Shown here: positions 11,512-22,524 of the stretch, piece by piece
Numbering within the stretch: the stretch's first letter is position 1
Layout: each line of letters starts with the position of its first letter
Assembly: GCA_023920165.1 (NCBI GenBank)
Contig: CP089274.1
Coordinates: 4,464,001-4,528,000, forward strand
DNA from: Curvularia clavata
Lineage: Eukaryota
Direction of reading: 5' to 3'
Length of the DNA stretch: 64,000 nucleotides
Notes under the pieces: generated by a model
What the model saw: the letters and a program-made list of their open reading frames with translations, nothing else
What the model was told of the DNA's origin: nothing
Databases searched by the model: none
Made by a program: the position numbers and the translations under genes

Positions 11512-13002
11512 ATGAGTGGTGCCGGTATTCAAGTGAGGTGTTTAGCCAGTACGAGGATTCCGACACGTGATGGGCAAGAGAAGGAACGGGAGGATGGAGG
11601 AGACGGTGAAGATTCACGTGGTCTAGAGAGGAGTGACAATGACGAGGCGAACAACCAGGATTTGAAAGAGCCAGGAAAACGTGAGGTAGAAGATGACGGT
11701 GCATCTGGCTCTCCAAGTCTGTCAAGTCTTTCGTCTTCAACTTCATCAGCTTCTCCGGATAGCCTCCAACATCTCCGCCACACAAGCTGTGTACAAGAAG
11801 CACAGCTCTCACCCGACGGGACCTGCATCTTTATCTCAGACTACGACCGCACATTCTCCGTCTATCCCATCTCCCACGACCTTGTATCTCAGCCCAGCAC
11901 TCAAAGCCTAACGCCCTATGCGTCTTTCCACTCGGCCAACCCCATCTGGGCCTTTGCAGTGAACCCGCTCTTCAACCTACAAGATGCCACTACCACGACC
12001 GTCGTAGTCAGTCGCCGAGATTCATACATCACCCTACATAATGCCTTATGGGACTTTTCACGCGATTACACCAGCACCTCGCCTCCTACCGGACCAGTCA
12101 ACATCTCAACGCCCCTCGCTTCCTACAAACTCATCGACGCCCTCACCGAAGCCGTCATCGCACCCCACAGTCTCGCCTACACGCACTCCGGCACGCACTT
12201 CTTCTGCGGCACGCGCGACAAAATCGTCCTCTTCGACATGCAGGAAACCAACCAGCCCATCCAAACCATGCGCACCATCCCCGCGCGCCGCAACAAGCTC
12301 AAAGGCGGGGGCCGCGGCTTCAAAGGCTGCGTCTCTGCTCTGTCGCTCTCTCCACCTTCTGCCTCCTCGCGCGACGGCCTCCTAGCAGCCGGGTCCTGGA
12401 CCCGTCACGTAGGCATCTACGACGCCCTCAGCGGCGCCGAGGTAACTAGCTTCGCTCTCCCAGGTAGCTTGAAACCGCAAGCCCAGCACCTCCAGCACGT
12501 CGTGGGCGACGGCGTGTCGTCGCTGCGCTGGAGCCCCTGCGGCAACTATCTATACGTTGCTGAGCGCAGATCCGACGCCCTGCTCATCTACGACGTGCGT
12601 AGCTACTCGCTTGCGCTAGCTCATTGCATCGGCAGAGCGGCTCTTACGAAGCAGAAACTAGGCTTTGATATTTGGAACGCGGGCGCCTCGCCATATGATA
12701 TCGAGGCCGTTTCGCACGAGGTCTGGGCTGGTGGGACGGATGGGAAGATCAGGGTCTGGAGGGACCCGTGCTGGAGAGAGGGTGCGGTGGAACCAGATGA
12801 GATTGTCACTGTTGCGGGCACAGATGAGCCCGTTGTGGCGTCGCTTATTCATCCAACGGGCAGTTTGGCAGTAGCGGCGTGTGGAGCTGTCAAGATGTCT
12901 GAGCTAGGGGAACAAAAGGAGCAGCGGGGCGTGCAGAGAGGTGGAGAGACGAGACCGAAGATTTGGGAATGGGGTAGTGTGGATATTCTGGGGTTGGGCT
13001 AG
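11512..13002 (+). CDS. WD40 protein, TCAB1/WRAP53/Swt21-like
   Basis: Long ORF with AQLSPDGTCI, ASYKLIDALTEAVIAPHSL, GVSSLRWSPCGNYLYVAER and TKQKLGFD, which I recognise from fungal TCAB1/Swt21 homologues. Start taken at MSGAGIQVRC (uncertain). Confidence 0.72.
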   Translation: MSGAGIQVRCLASTRIPTRDGQEKEREDGGDGEDSRGLERSDNDEANNQDLKEPGKREVEDDGASGSPSLSSLSSSTSSASPDSLQHLRHTSCVQEAQLSPDGTCIFISDYDRTFSVYPISHDLVSQPSTQSLTPYASFHSANPIWAFAVNPLFNLQDATTTTVVVSRRDSYITLHNALWDFSRDYTSTSPPTGPVNISTPLASYKLIDALTEAVIAPHSLAYTHSGTHFFCGTRDKIVLFDMQETNQPIQTMRTIPARRNKLKGGGRGFKGCVSALSLSPPSASSRDGLLAAGSWTRHVGIYDALSGAEVTSFALPGSLKPQAQHLQHVVGDGVSSLRWSPCGNYLYVAERRSDALLIYDVRSYSLALAHCIGRAALTKQKLGFDIWNAGASPYDIEAVSHEVWAGGTDGKIRVWRDPCWREGAVEPDEIVTVAGTDEPVVASLIHPTGSLAVAACGAVKMSELGEQKEQRGVQRGGETRPKIWEWGSVDILGLG

Positions 13003-13283
13003 GATCTGCTGCATTACACAGGGGGCGAAAAAGAAAAGAGAGAAGAACAGGACCAATCGCTTTTCGTTACGTTTACTGGAGGCTTCACCGCATAAATGCA
13101 CAGATGCTCGTGGCTGATTTTGCAAAACATAAAGAAATTTTCATTCGTAAATATGTACTCTGAGAAAAAAAAGCAGAGAGAGCGCGTGTGGAAAAAAGGA
13201 AACAAATCATCGAGTACACCATACAGAGCAGGGTATGTCCATGCACAACGTCCTATCTACATGCCCCTATGAAAAAAAAAAAC

Positions 13284-15127
13284 TTAGATACCAGAGTCGG
13301 TCTGGTCGTATGGCCTGTCCTCGTCAGGAGGGCTGCCACTGGGCCAGTAGTTGTCCCACTCGCTGCATCCGTTGGTGAGGGTGCTGTAGTCTCCAATGCT
13401 GCCCTTGATCTCGCTCATCCGCTCCATGAACTGCATGCTGAGACCCTGGCTGGCGTGCCACGCGATGTGGCAGTGCATGATCCACATTCCGGGGTTGTCG
13501 GCAGGGAAGGCCATCAGCAGGTAACCGCCTGCAGGAAGAGTAGCAGTGTCACGACGAGTCGGGTTGTTAAAGTTGAGGCCGGTGGTAGAGCCATCCCAGG
13601 TACCTGAGCCGCGGCCGACAATGTAGTAGTCGTGGCCGTGGAGATGAATGGGATGTGGCAGCGCAACGACGGCAGTGGACTGGATGTACCAGAGGAACCA
13701 GCCGGTTCCCTCCATGGTGTGGACGTTTCCATTGGGACCAAAATTGGTGGAGCCGCTGAGCACCGTCTCGAGCGAGGGGTTGTTCCAGTCGACAATGTGC
13801 GGTGTGCCATCGATGAGCCAGCGGAAGAGGTTGTTCTTAGTAGGGTCGGAAAAGCTGCTGACGTTCAGAAAGTTGTTCTTAGCCTCACCCATAACCGATG
13901 TAGGGACCTGGTTGGGCACAAATGGCACAAGGCTGGTTTCGTCGTCACAGCTTGTGCGCATAGTCACGGTTGTGGTAGAAGTAGGGTTGGCGGTGGTAGA
14001 GGCACCATCGTAGTGGAGGACAGCACCCATCTGCTTGCCAGAAGATGTCATGGCATTCCTACCACAGGCAGTACCGACAGCGACGCGGAACCAGTAGTTA
14101 TCGACAGTCTGGTTGGCAGTAATGACAACGTCGTATCGCTGACCAATGGCTAGGGTCAACTGGTTGGTGACATACGTCTCGATGGGAACAAAGTCAGAAG
14201 TTAAGACAGTGAAAGGGTGGCCGTCAAGGGATACACTGAAGACGTTGTCGACGGAGGTGTTGATCAAGCGGATGCGGTACTTCTTTCCCTTGACCACGTT
14301 CATTTTCGCGTAGGCTCCGTTGTCATTCTTGGCATTGATGTGAGTGCCGTTGACCAGAATGTTGTCGGGTGTAGGGGGTCCAGTCCTGGAGTGCTGTGCG
14401 ACTTCGTTCAGAGTGAATGCAGGAGTGTAGTACCAATCAGTGATAGGGAGAGTACCGAGATCGATGTCATAGTTGGCAGTGGCTGGTCCATCAATGATCA
14501 TGGTCCCAACCACACCATCACCGTATTGAGCAGAGAAATGAGAGTGGTACCAAGTCGTGCCGAACTGGGTAGCCCTGAATCTGTACTGGCGTGTCTTTCC
14601 TGGAGCAATTGGGCACTCGGTGATACCGGGTACACCATCCTCCTGGCAGGAGTTGAGCTGTCTAATACCGTGCCAGTGGATGCCAGTTCCGTTGTGCTGA
14701 AGGTTGTTCTTGACGTTGATGACGAGGGTATCACCCCATTTTGCGCGAATAACTGGACCTGGGTATTGTCCGTTGATGAGCATCATCTGCCTGCTACCAC
14801 CGCTTCCATCGGGATTTGGCTTTGTGACATTGGAAATTTCAAGGTTGTACTAGGATATTGTTAGCGACTATTCGAGAAGACCAAAACAAATGTGCTTACG
14901 GTAACAGTGACGCCATCCGGAGGAGATTTGGCGTCAAAATCCGTGGCAATGCTGTAGCCATTGCTCCAGCAGCTTCTGGTCCTTGGCGTATTGGTACACG
15001 CGCCATCTTGTCTCTTGACGATCTCATCGAATGATGGAAACTCGTCGTCCAACGGCTCGGCCCGTAGAGGGCTGCTTAGGGCGAGCGATCCCAATGAAAG
15101 CCAAACGGCGAGTGATTTGAACAACAT
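13284..15127 (-). CDS. Secreted ascomycete laccase (multicopper oxidase, AA1)
   Basis: Signal peptide MLFKSLAVWLSLGSLALS and propeptide ending in KR. Copper motifs HWHG, WYHSHF, HPIHLHGH, HCHIAWH. C-terminus DSGI. One intron 14899-14850 (GTAAGC..TAG). Confidence 0.95.
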
Positions 15128-17247
15128 GGCGATTCGATTGCAAAAGAAAGCGAGGGTGTTGGTCAGTATAAACAAAGAAGGTCTGACCAGGCCAACGAGT
15201 GATGAAGAAGTCACAAGCCCGATTGATGCTGGAAATTTACTGAGCTGGCTATGGATGCCATTTATATCAGTTGTCCTCGAGTAACAATCCTGGGCCAAGT
15301 CATGCGGCCCCTTATCGATTTGCCTCAGGATGGTCCCGCGTACGCTGAAGGGTGAGGTGGACGAATAGGCACCATAGCCCTGTGTACCCACTTCCATACA
15401 CGAGTGGATCTAGGGTACTGGGGCCAATGACATTGTACCTCCGATACCCATTCGGCGACCTTGGTCATCCTAGAGATAACTTAGCCGACAAGCTGAAGAC
15501 AAGAAATGGTGGCGGACCCGTCACGAGAAGATCGGTAGTTGAGCATTAGTGTAATCAAAGTCGTTGAACCCAATCGATCACACGGTGTACGGATTTAGAT
15601 CCACATTTGGAGTACAGTTCATGGGGCCTGGAGCCGTCGCTACTCGTGTGGCGGTTAACACTTAACCCCGAGGGGAGAATGATGAGCACTTGAAGTTTCG
15701 TAGGATCTTTTTCTGAGGCTCAGAACCTAGCGCTCGCATAAGACGGCGGTCCCTGGTAGGGTGCAGGATCTATTGAAACGCGGGTCAACAAACTCCACAA
15801 AGTCTTGGTAGTTGCTGGAGCCTAGGGTGGACCTATTAGAATCTACTTCTCACGTGAGAAGGCTATTGGCGGCAGGGTGGGGCGGCTCGTGTACAAGAGG
15901 CGTACAGTTTTGACGAACGCAAAAGCAGTCTGCAGACTAGGGGTAAAAAAGCATTGGGTTGCAGGCATCCGGGGATACGGTGTAGCATTGCTATACCGCA
16001 TCGGGTAGCAAATGGCGACGTCTAGGGACCCGGCAGCTCGGGAGGCTGTTTCCAGTGGCTTGAATCGGTATGAGTTGTTAAAATAATAATGTGTAGTAGA
16101 TGAGACGCTATTATTACACTAGGGGATCTGAACCAGCTGCATGCCATGACGCCATTGCTCAAAGAATGCAAACTGAGTAAGGCTGACCGGACATGCAAAA
16201 AAAACTGCCGAGACGTGGCCCATTCGTGGCTTGCATACAGAGGTAGAGCTGGCTGGCCAGCCTTACCTAGACAGTGGGCTGAGTAGACTCCATGGGCCAG
16301 GGACTCGTGAGAATTGTTGTCAGCCAGGTGGGGTCCATGGTGATGGGCGTGTTGTCACGGCTTGGCGGCTCTTCGCTGGCTGCAAGGTGACCCATTGGTG
16401 AGATGCGGCTCGACGGCCATGTCGAGCACTGAGTGCAAATCCGAGTATATGCTAAACTAGCAGCTAGCCGAGCTCGAAGTGAACTGGCACTTGGGACACG
16501 CCCACCGCTCCTCGTAAGCCGACTCGTGGGCCGCAAATAGGCATGGGCTTGAACGTGGAAGCATGACAGAATACGACGAGATAGGACGAGCAAGTGTGGC
16601 TGACGGGAGCAGGTCGAATAGGCTGCAGTCGTCCCAGCCGCCATGGGCAAGCGAACTGGCGCTATCAATAACTCTGTGACAAGGTTGAAGGCTGTGAGGG
16701 TAATGCAGACGTCGGGGCCGGGCGGAGGGCGGAAGACAAAGCGACCAGGGGTGTGATCGGTTCAGGGGTCTTTTGCGCTAGTCAGGGGGCAGCGTGCACC
16801 AATCCCGAGTGGCTTCCGTAGCGGCCGCACTCCGCCTTTCCACGTGCCACCAACCATTATCCTCTTCGACGACGTCTTGCAACTATAGTCAACATGTACG
16901 CGACCAGGTCGGCTATGCCATCACTACGACACACTGGCCGCCCTGACTCACCCTGCATCGTATTGGCGCCTGCGACCGCTCCGACCCCCGGTTCACGTAT
17001 TGGCAGTCTATTCTGGATTCGGCCAGGGCAAGCAAAAGGCAATGGGAAGCTCATGGTCTAAGCCGACCTGCTCGGCGATGCGGGTGCAGTCAGAGAGATG
17101 CGAGCGACAAGTCAGGCTTGAAGAGTTTTGCTCGCTCTGATAACGACGCAGGTACAAAAACCCAGTGTCCCTTGAGCTTTGGACATCATCACTTCACTCG
17201 TGGGCATCACTTCTCTCGTTCTTCTCCATTCTCACAACACCGGCAAG

Positions 17248-18468
17248 ATGCACTCTCGTTCTGTACTCCTCACAGTCGCTGCGGCTGCTCTCCCACTCGT
17301 TAGCTCAGAAGACGCGGGCACACCGGGCATCTGCTACTCCTATGGTGTTGACTTTGTCGATGAGGGCCAGTACTTCATCGACTCTCAATCTACCGAGTCC
17401 TTTACTGCAGTCTCCTACTTCCAGGGCTGCAACCCGGACAAGGCAGATGTCCTTCTCGTTGCCCCCGAGGATGCCCCTGGCGAGACAGAGTTTCTCTGTG
17501 ACGAGGTTACCACCACCCCAGACAACGAGAACAAGTTGTCCACATGTCCCATCAAGAAGAACCAGATGAGCTCTGGTCACTGGCTTCTCCTTGTCCTTGG
17601 TAACAACGGCAAGGGTGGCCAGCCCTTTGCATGGCAAAGAGATCTCTACTTGACTGTGGGCCCACAGGTCACTGCAACCTACACCCCTACAGTGACTCTG
17701 AGCGTCGTCACCACGCCTACCATCACTCAGACCGACCTCACCACATCGACCGACACCATCACTGTTGGTCCCTTCTCGACCGTCACCATGCCCAGCGGAA
17801 CGGCTAGCAAGATCAAGACCATCACTCCCAAGCCAGTCACCACTACCTCTACCAAGACCATGACCCGAACCAAGGTCTCGACTACCAAGACTGTCTCTTA
17901 CACTACCAAGACTGTCACGGCAACATGCACCACCAAGCCTCACCCAGGCAAGCCCGACAAGCCCTGCAAATACTCGCCTACCAAAATCCACCCTGCAGCT
18001 TTGGTTACCCCCACTGTCATCCCTCAGGCCCGCCGCTGGGCTCCCAGGGCTGACCGTGTCGCTGATGTCGAGTGGGTACGTGCTCGTATTGAGGCCGCAA
18101 GGCAGAGGCGCGAGGAGGCCAGGAAGCAGCCTAACCGCCGTGCTCCTGATGCTCCCACAACCACAGTCACCCTTGAGACTCCCGTCTCTACAACCCTTAC
18201 CGAGACTGCACCTGCAATCACCACCACCGAGACCGTGCTTCAGACAACTCAGACCACCTCAACGATCCCTCCTCCCACAGTTCTGTCTGGTATTCTCACC
18301 AGGACCACTACCCTGCCTACCCCCACCAAGACCAAGGTCAAGTTCACCTATACCACAACCACCACGACCAAGACCTATGCAGCTACATTTACCAAGACTA
18401 GCACTGCGCCTCCTTCCGCTTCTGTTACTCAGTGCAAGAGGCAGGGTGGAAACTACTGGTGGAACTAG
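17248..18468 (+). CDS. Secreted Thr/Pro-rich protein with a Cys-containing N-terminal domain, function unknown
   Basis: Signal peptide MHSRSVLLTVAAAALPLVSS, strong C-ending codon bias, and two Thr-rich tracts separated by a basic segment ending ..NRR/APD. Confidence 0.85.
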   Translation: MHSRSVLLTVAAAALPLVSSEDAGTPGICYSYGVDFVDEGQYFIDSQSTESFTAVSYFQGCNPDKADVLLVAPEDAPGETEFLCDEVTTTPDNENKLSTCPIKKNQMSSGHWLLLVLGNNGKGGQPFAWQRDLYLTVGPQVTATYTPTVTLSVVTTPTITQTDLTTSTDTITVGPFSTVTMPSGTASKIKTITPKPVTTTSTKTMTRTKVSTTKTVSYTTKTVTATCTTKPHPGKPDKPCKYSPTKIHPAALVTPTVIPQARRWAPRADRVADVEWVRARIEAARQRREEARKQPNRRAPDAPTTTVTLETPVSTTLTETAPAITTTETVLQTTQTTSTIPPPTVLSGILTRTTTLPTPTKTKVKFTYTTTTTTKTYAATFTKTSTAPPSASVTQCKRQGGNYWWN

Positions 18469-18783
18469 ACTTTACTCACTTATTGTATCTACTTCGCTCT
18501 CTTTTCTGTTGTTTGCTGAGCGCGCATTGTTTACATGCATCACGACACACTGTACATAATGACATGAATATCACTCCATGATTATCTCTCTACTTGTATA
18601 TCCACACACTTTGCATGCGCCATGCGCCTTTGTTCCCTTGCACACTTTCCATGCATCGATAAAAAAGCAAGCAATTGTATGCAAGCCAGAGGCTGACTAT
18701 CCCAGACTCACGAGCTCGCCTCGCAAGAACCCTGCATTACTAGCCTCAGCTGCGTCAAGCTGAAGGCGGTAAAAAATAACGGT

Positions 18784-18790
18784 TATATAA
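18784..18790 (+). promoter_or_regulatory. TATA box (TATATAA) ~50 nt upstream of the putative structured RNA
   Basis: Sequence GGTTATATAAGCG, with no protein-coding gene downstream on + for several kb. Confidence 0.45.
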
Positions 18791-18839
18791 GCGAATCCTT
18801 TCGCGGAATAATCGGACTCCTCTACCGTCTGATGGAATC

Positions 18840-21800
18840 CTCCCAAAATCCCCCCAAGGAGCGGAGTGTGTGTCCCCGGCTAAAGTCAGCCTTGCCATTC
18901 ATGATGACGGCTGCAATACAAGCTGGAAATAATGTCCCACGTTACCCACAGACCACGCAAGCGCCCGAAAGCCTGGCTCGCGGGTACACGGCTTATGTCG
19001 TCCTTCCTTGTCTTACTTGACCCAAACATGCCTCGGCTCGTAGAACGCATACACGACATGCACACAATCGCACACCACATCCCCGCTGCATGCCGTCCGA
19101 CTAGAGAACTTGAGGCGCAAAATTCACTAAAGCGCGTTATCGTTAAGGAGGAAAAAAATAGTTGGGAACACTAGCGCGTGGGTCATGCTGACGCGTATCA
19201 CGTCGGTATCGCGTTGAGCCAGAACCATGCGTCACAACGAGGGTACGACAGTTGTGTATCTCGCTAACTCACACTGCTGTGGCCTTTTTTTTGTGGCGGG
19301 GAGCCACGATGAACAAAAAGGTGTTAGCACGATAGTCTTGAGTTTGGTCTATTTTCTCTATGGTTTTGGCACTAGTCCCAAGACCCAGTTCATTAGTTAG
19401 ATACAAACTAAGATCGTCGGCATGGATAGATCTGGATCTCCTCTCCGACGTCCGAAAAATAAAATTGGGCACACCGATCCAACCCGTCGCCGACCGATAC
19501 TTGAGGCGGGTTATTTTTTTCTTTACGCCATAAAGGATAATGAAAGTCTATCACGGATTGTTTGCGTCATGACTTTTGATTTGCTCCGCTGAGTAGTACG
19601 CCTAGTAAGAAGGCAGATTTGACAAATTCCTGGTCATTGGTGCGCGCGTAAGAGATGAAGATTTCAGGGGTTAGGGAGTGTATGTGGTAAGAATACCGGG
19701 GCCATGACGTTCAGAGGAAGAAAACAAATGGAAACGTGCATATACGCCTACATCAAGCAAGCCAGCAAAAGCGCGATCGGTCTGAACTGCAACAACGCAC
19801 ATGGGTTCACACTGCTGCCCGCTTCTGTTCCTGCGTACCGTTTTATTGTTGACTCAGAAGCGTCAGCGCCAGCGCGTAGGTACGTGTGCGAGTGAGAAGC
19901 TCAGAACGCAGACTTGGCTTACTTCTGTGGCGTGAGCTTCAACTGTAGCCTTGTATTTTCTCCTCCCTTCGACAGACCAGTTGCAGAGAGCTAGTTGTCA
20001 GCACTTTTGCCGCCAGCAAAACGTCGCATCGCATCGCGCATCCTTATCGTATCCTTTGCCTATTTGGTTACTACCATCCCTTCCCTTCCCACGGGACTGA
20101 AAACACGAGAAACTTGACCAATACGTCATCTCATCTCCACCAAGACTTTTGATCTACTCTTAGATCCTAGTAAAATGATTCAGATTTTCTCAGTGTTCTC
20201 TCGCTCTGGCTGGGTATACCTATGTAAGCACATGGACGCCTTAGACGTGGTTTGCTGGCTATCTGACAGGGGGAGCGCAAACCTGTTGGGGCTTAGGGCA
20301 GGGCTGAGCAAGCCGGGCTATTAATCCTTCGACTGGCTCGCTACCAAACAACCAGCATAAGCCGATACATCTGTTGCTGCGATGTATCCTGCAATTTAGG
20401 TAAGACACAAAGCTGACATGCGGATGTCCGCGAACTCCGTATCATTCGACTTTGGGGCTGTCATAGGCGCGGACGGTGTATGTAGTGTTTATCGATTTAG
20501 CTGCTGATACCGCCCCCACTTTTATCTCCAACATTCAATTCAAGTTTTTCATTGTTGTCGCCGTGACCGAATCGTGGATTATTCTGTAGGTACAAACTAG
20601 GGATGTTTGGCTACGCTGACGCGAACACACATTCCGTCGCAGGGCAGCGCATCGCATTCCATCACAGCGTATGTTTCGCATGTGATGGGCATATCGTATT
20701 TGTGACCGAACAATTGCAGATAGCGACCGCCGTGGCGTTAGAGTTGAGACCAATGTCTCCACACAGATACACACCTTAAAAGAGACTTTCGGAAGCAACT
20801 AAGCTTACTCGCTAGCGGTCCGGAACGATAAAGCCATAGACCGGAAACGGTTGCCAAGACCTCAGCCAGCAAAAGCTCCTCGATTGGACAGACCAGAATA
20901 CGAAAGCCAAGTCATGCTCTTCAGCTCAAGATTTCGATACCATCGTGTTCACAAAACACTCGTCGCATGACTCCTCGGCAGTTCAAAATTAGACACACAC
21001 GCGCGCGCTAGCTACCCGCGTTGTCTCCGTTCCTTCACCCTCTGCTTACACCCATCAAGAAAATGGAGATACTGCCTGGGCGCAGCAACAATGGAGCAGC
21101 GGAGGGTCAAGCAAGCCAAGCCCTACCCACCCATGCTATCCCTCCCCACCTCTAAAAGAAAACAGAGATCGCCTACCCCGGTAGGATGGCCTACAGTGGA
21201 TCTGATTACCTAAAAGGCCTTATTTAGGCCTCCCGGCTGCCAGGCCGCTGGATCACGCCTGCCCCATATCAGACCATGAAAAGCGAGAGGGCGCGCGTGC
21301 AAGAGTCCAAGCCACCCGCCCGCCTAAGAAAAATAGTTCCAATTGTGTTGTTTGCCTTGGAATGCTCCGGTGAGGGTGGAGTTGATCTAGATCCAGAGGG
21401 CAACTAAACATAGCTCGCCCTGCAGATCTCAGAGATAGGCAGAAAGAGGTGGGGATGAGGGGAGTAGGGTTCTGAGTATACGAGGCCTTGCACGCAAGCA
21501 CCGTTTACATTTACCGGATTGGGGCTTTCTGACGTCGTTTTCCCCAGCTGGACAAGTAGTCAGTGCCGGGTGGGGGTGGAAGGAAGGATTATACGCAGAG
21601 TGGGGGGACACTGGACTCTGGCCTCGTCTAAGCGGATCTCAGCTGATGCGTGGCTGAGGTGTACAAGATGGGTTGCCTACTCGATAGAATTCTTCTAGAT
21701 GTGTAACCTGTGTGTTTTCTGTCTCAATACTGCACTGCATGGGCCAGCCCCGAGTACGAACCCTGGATCGGCAGTTGTGCAGGATGACAGGGACGATGTA

Positions 21801-22490
21801 CTGAGACATTTTTTGCTATGTGATTTGATGAGTTGGATGGGTACCTGCTGTTGCTGACGGTTTGCCTTGCAGCGATTCAAAATCTCACTTGTGGGCTTTG
21901 TGGAGTCGGAGTAGCTTTTCACTGAGTTGGGTGGCCTTGCAATCACAGTATGATTAACTTTTTTTCTTTTGAGATTCTTTTGTGAAGGAATAGATGGCAT
22001 ACTGTAATAACGCGTTTACCCGTCGAAGGATTCGGTCAGGGGACTCGAGTCGCCACAACATGAGGTTTGAAGGCGTACCAATATTCCGACAAGATGGGAA
22101 AGACATGCAGGTGCAAATTGTCATGGTCAAGACGCCTCCGCGGTCTGTTGTATACGCAGTACGTTGGCAATACAGTATGTATGTGTGGATGTGATATCCC
22201 GTCCACAGTGCGTTTGGAAATGATCGCCAGATCGTACGATCGCATGACACATGGAGCTTCCTTCGCATCCTTATTGTATGCATTGCTGCAACTGAACGGG
22301 AAACACGGCGACGGACATCAGTGCAAGAGGTGACCGGTAAAGTTCGCGCAGAGACGGCTATTGACAGGATGGACCATGGAGATGTCGTGTCTATTTATTC
22401 GTTGACAGGCTGTTTGGCAGCGTACGAGTCACAGGCCTTGAGAGAACGGGATAAAAGAGTTGTGTAAATCGTGTGGGAGACACGAATCGA
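18840..22490 (+). ncRNA. Putative very large (~3.6 kb) highly structured non-coding RNA of unknown family
   Basis: No credible ORF. Nested helices include 18860-67/19583-90, 19151-60/19512-21, 19162-67/19376-81, 19384-90/19463-69, 19481-88/19505-12, 20519-26/22450-57, 20557-65/22304-12, 20564-73/22029-38, 20859-68/21651-60 and 21143-53/21445-55. Imperfect pairs are mostly G-U on the + strand. Ends are approximate. Confidence 0.55.
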
Positions 22491-22524
22491 TCCAAAGGTC
22501 ACAGAGAAACTTTGGTCTCGGAAT

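Noticed and set aside
19667..19676. GGGTTAGGG, a perfect 1.5-repeat telomerase template (CCCUAACCC) on the minus strand
   Set aside because: The surrounding G-U pairs and the TATA box favour a + strand RNA, where this segment can pair with ~18840-18855. I found no convincing pseudoknot or P6.1 loop on the minus strand. Not fully excluded; cmscan would decide.
19906..20913. RNase P/MRP CR-V-like GGCTTAC and CR-I-like GAAAGCC as a permuted P4
   Set aside because: The order is reversed and the universally bulged U is missing, so it is kept only as a generic long-range pairing.
18578..22333. Short ORFs (60-110 aa) inside the structured interval
   Set aside because: No domains, no codon bias, and no consistent exon chain.
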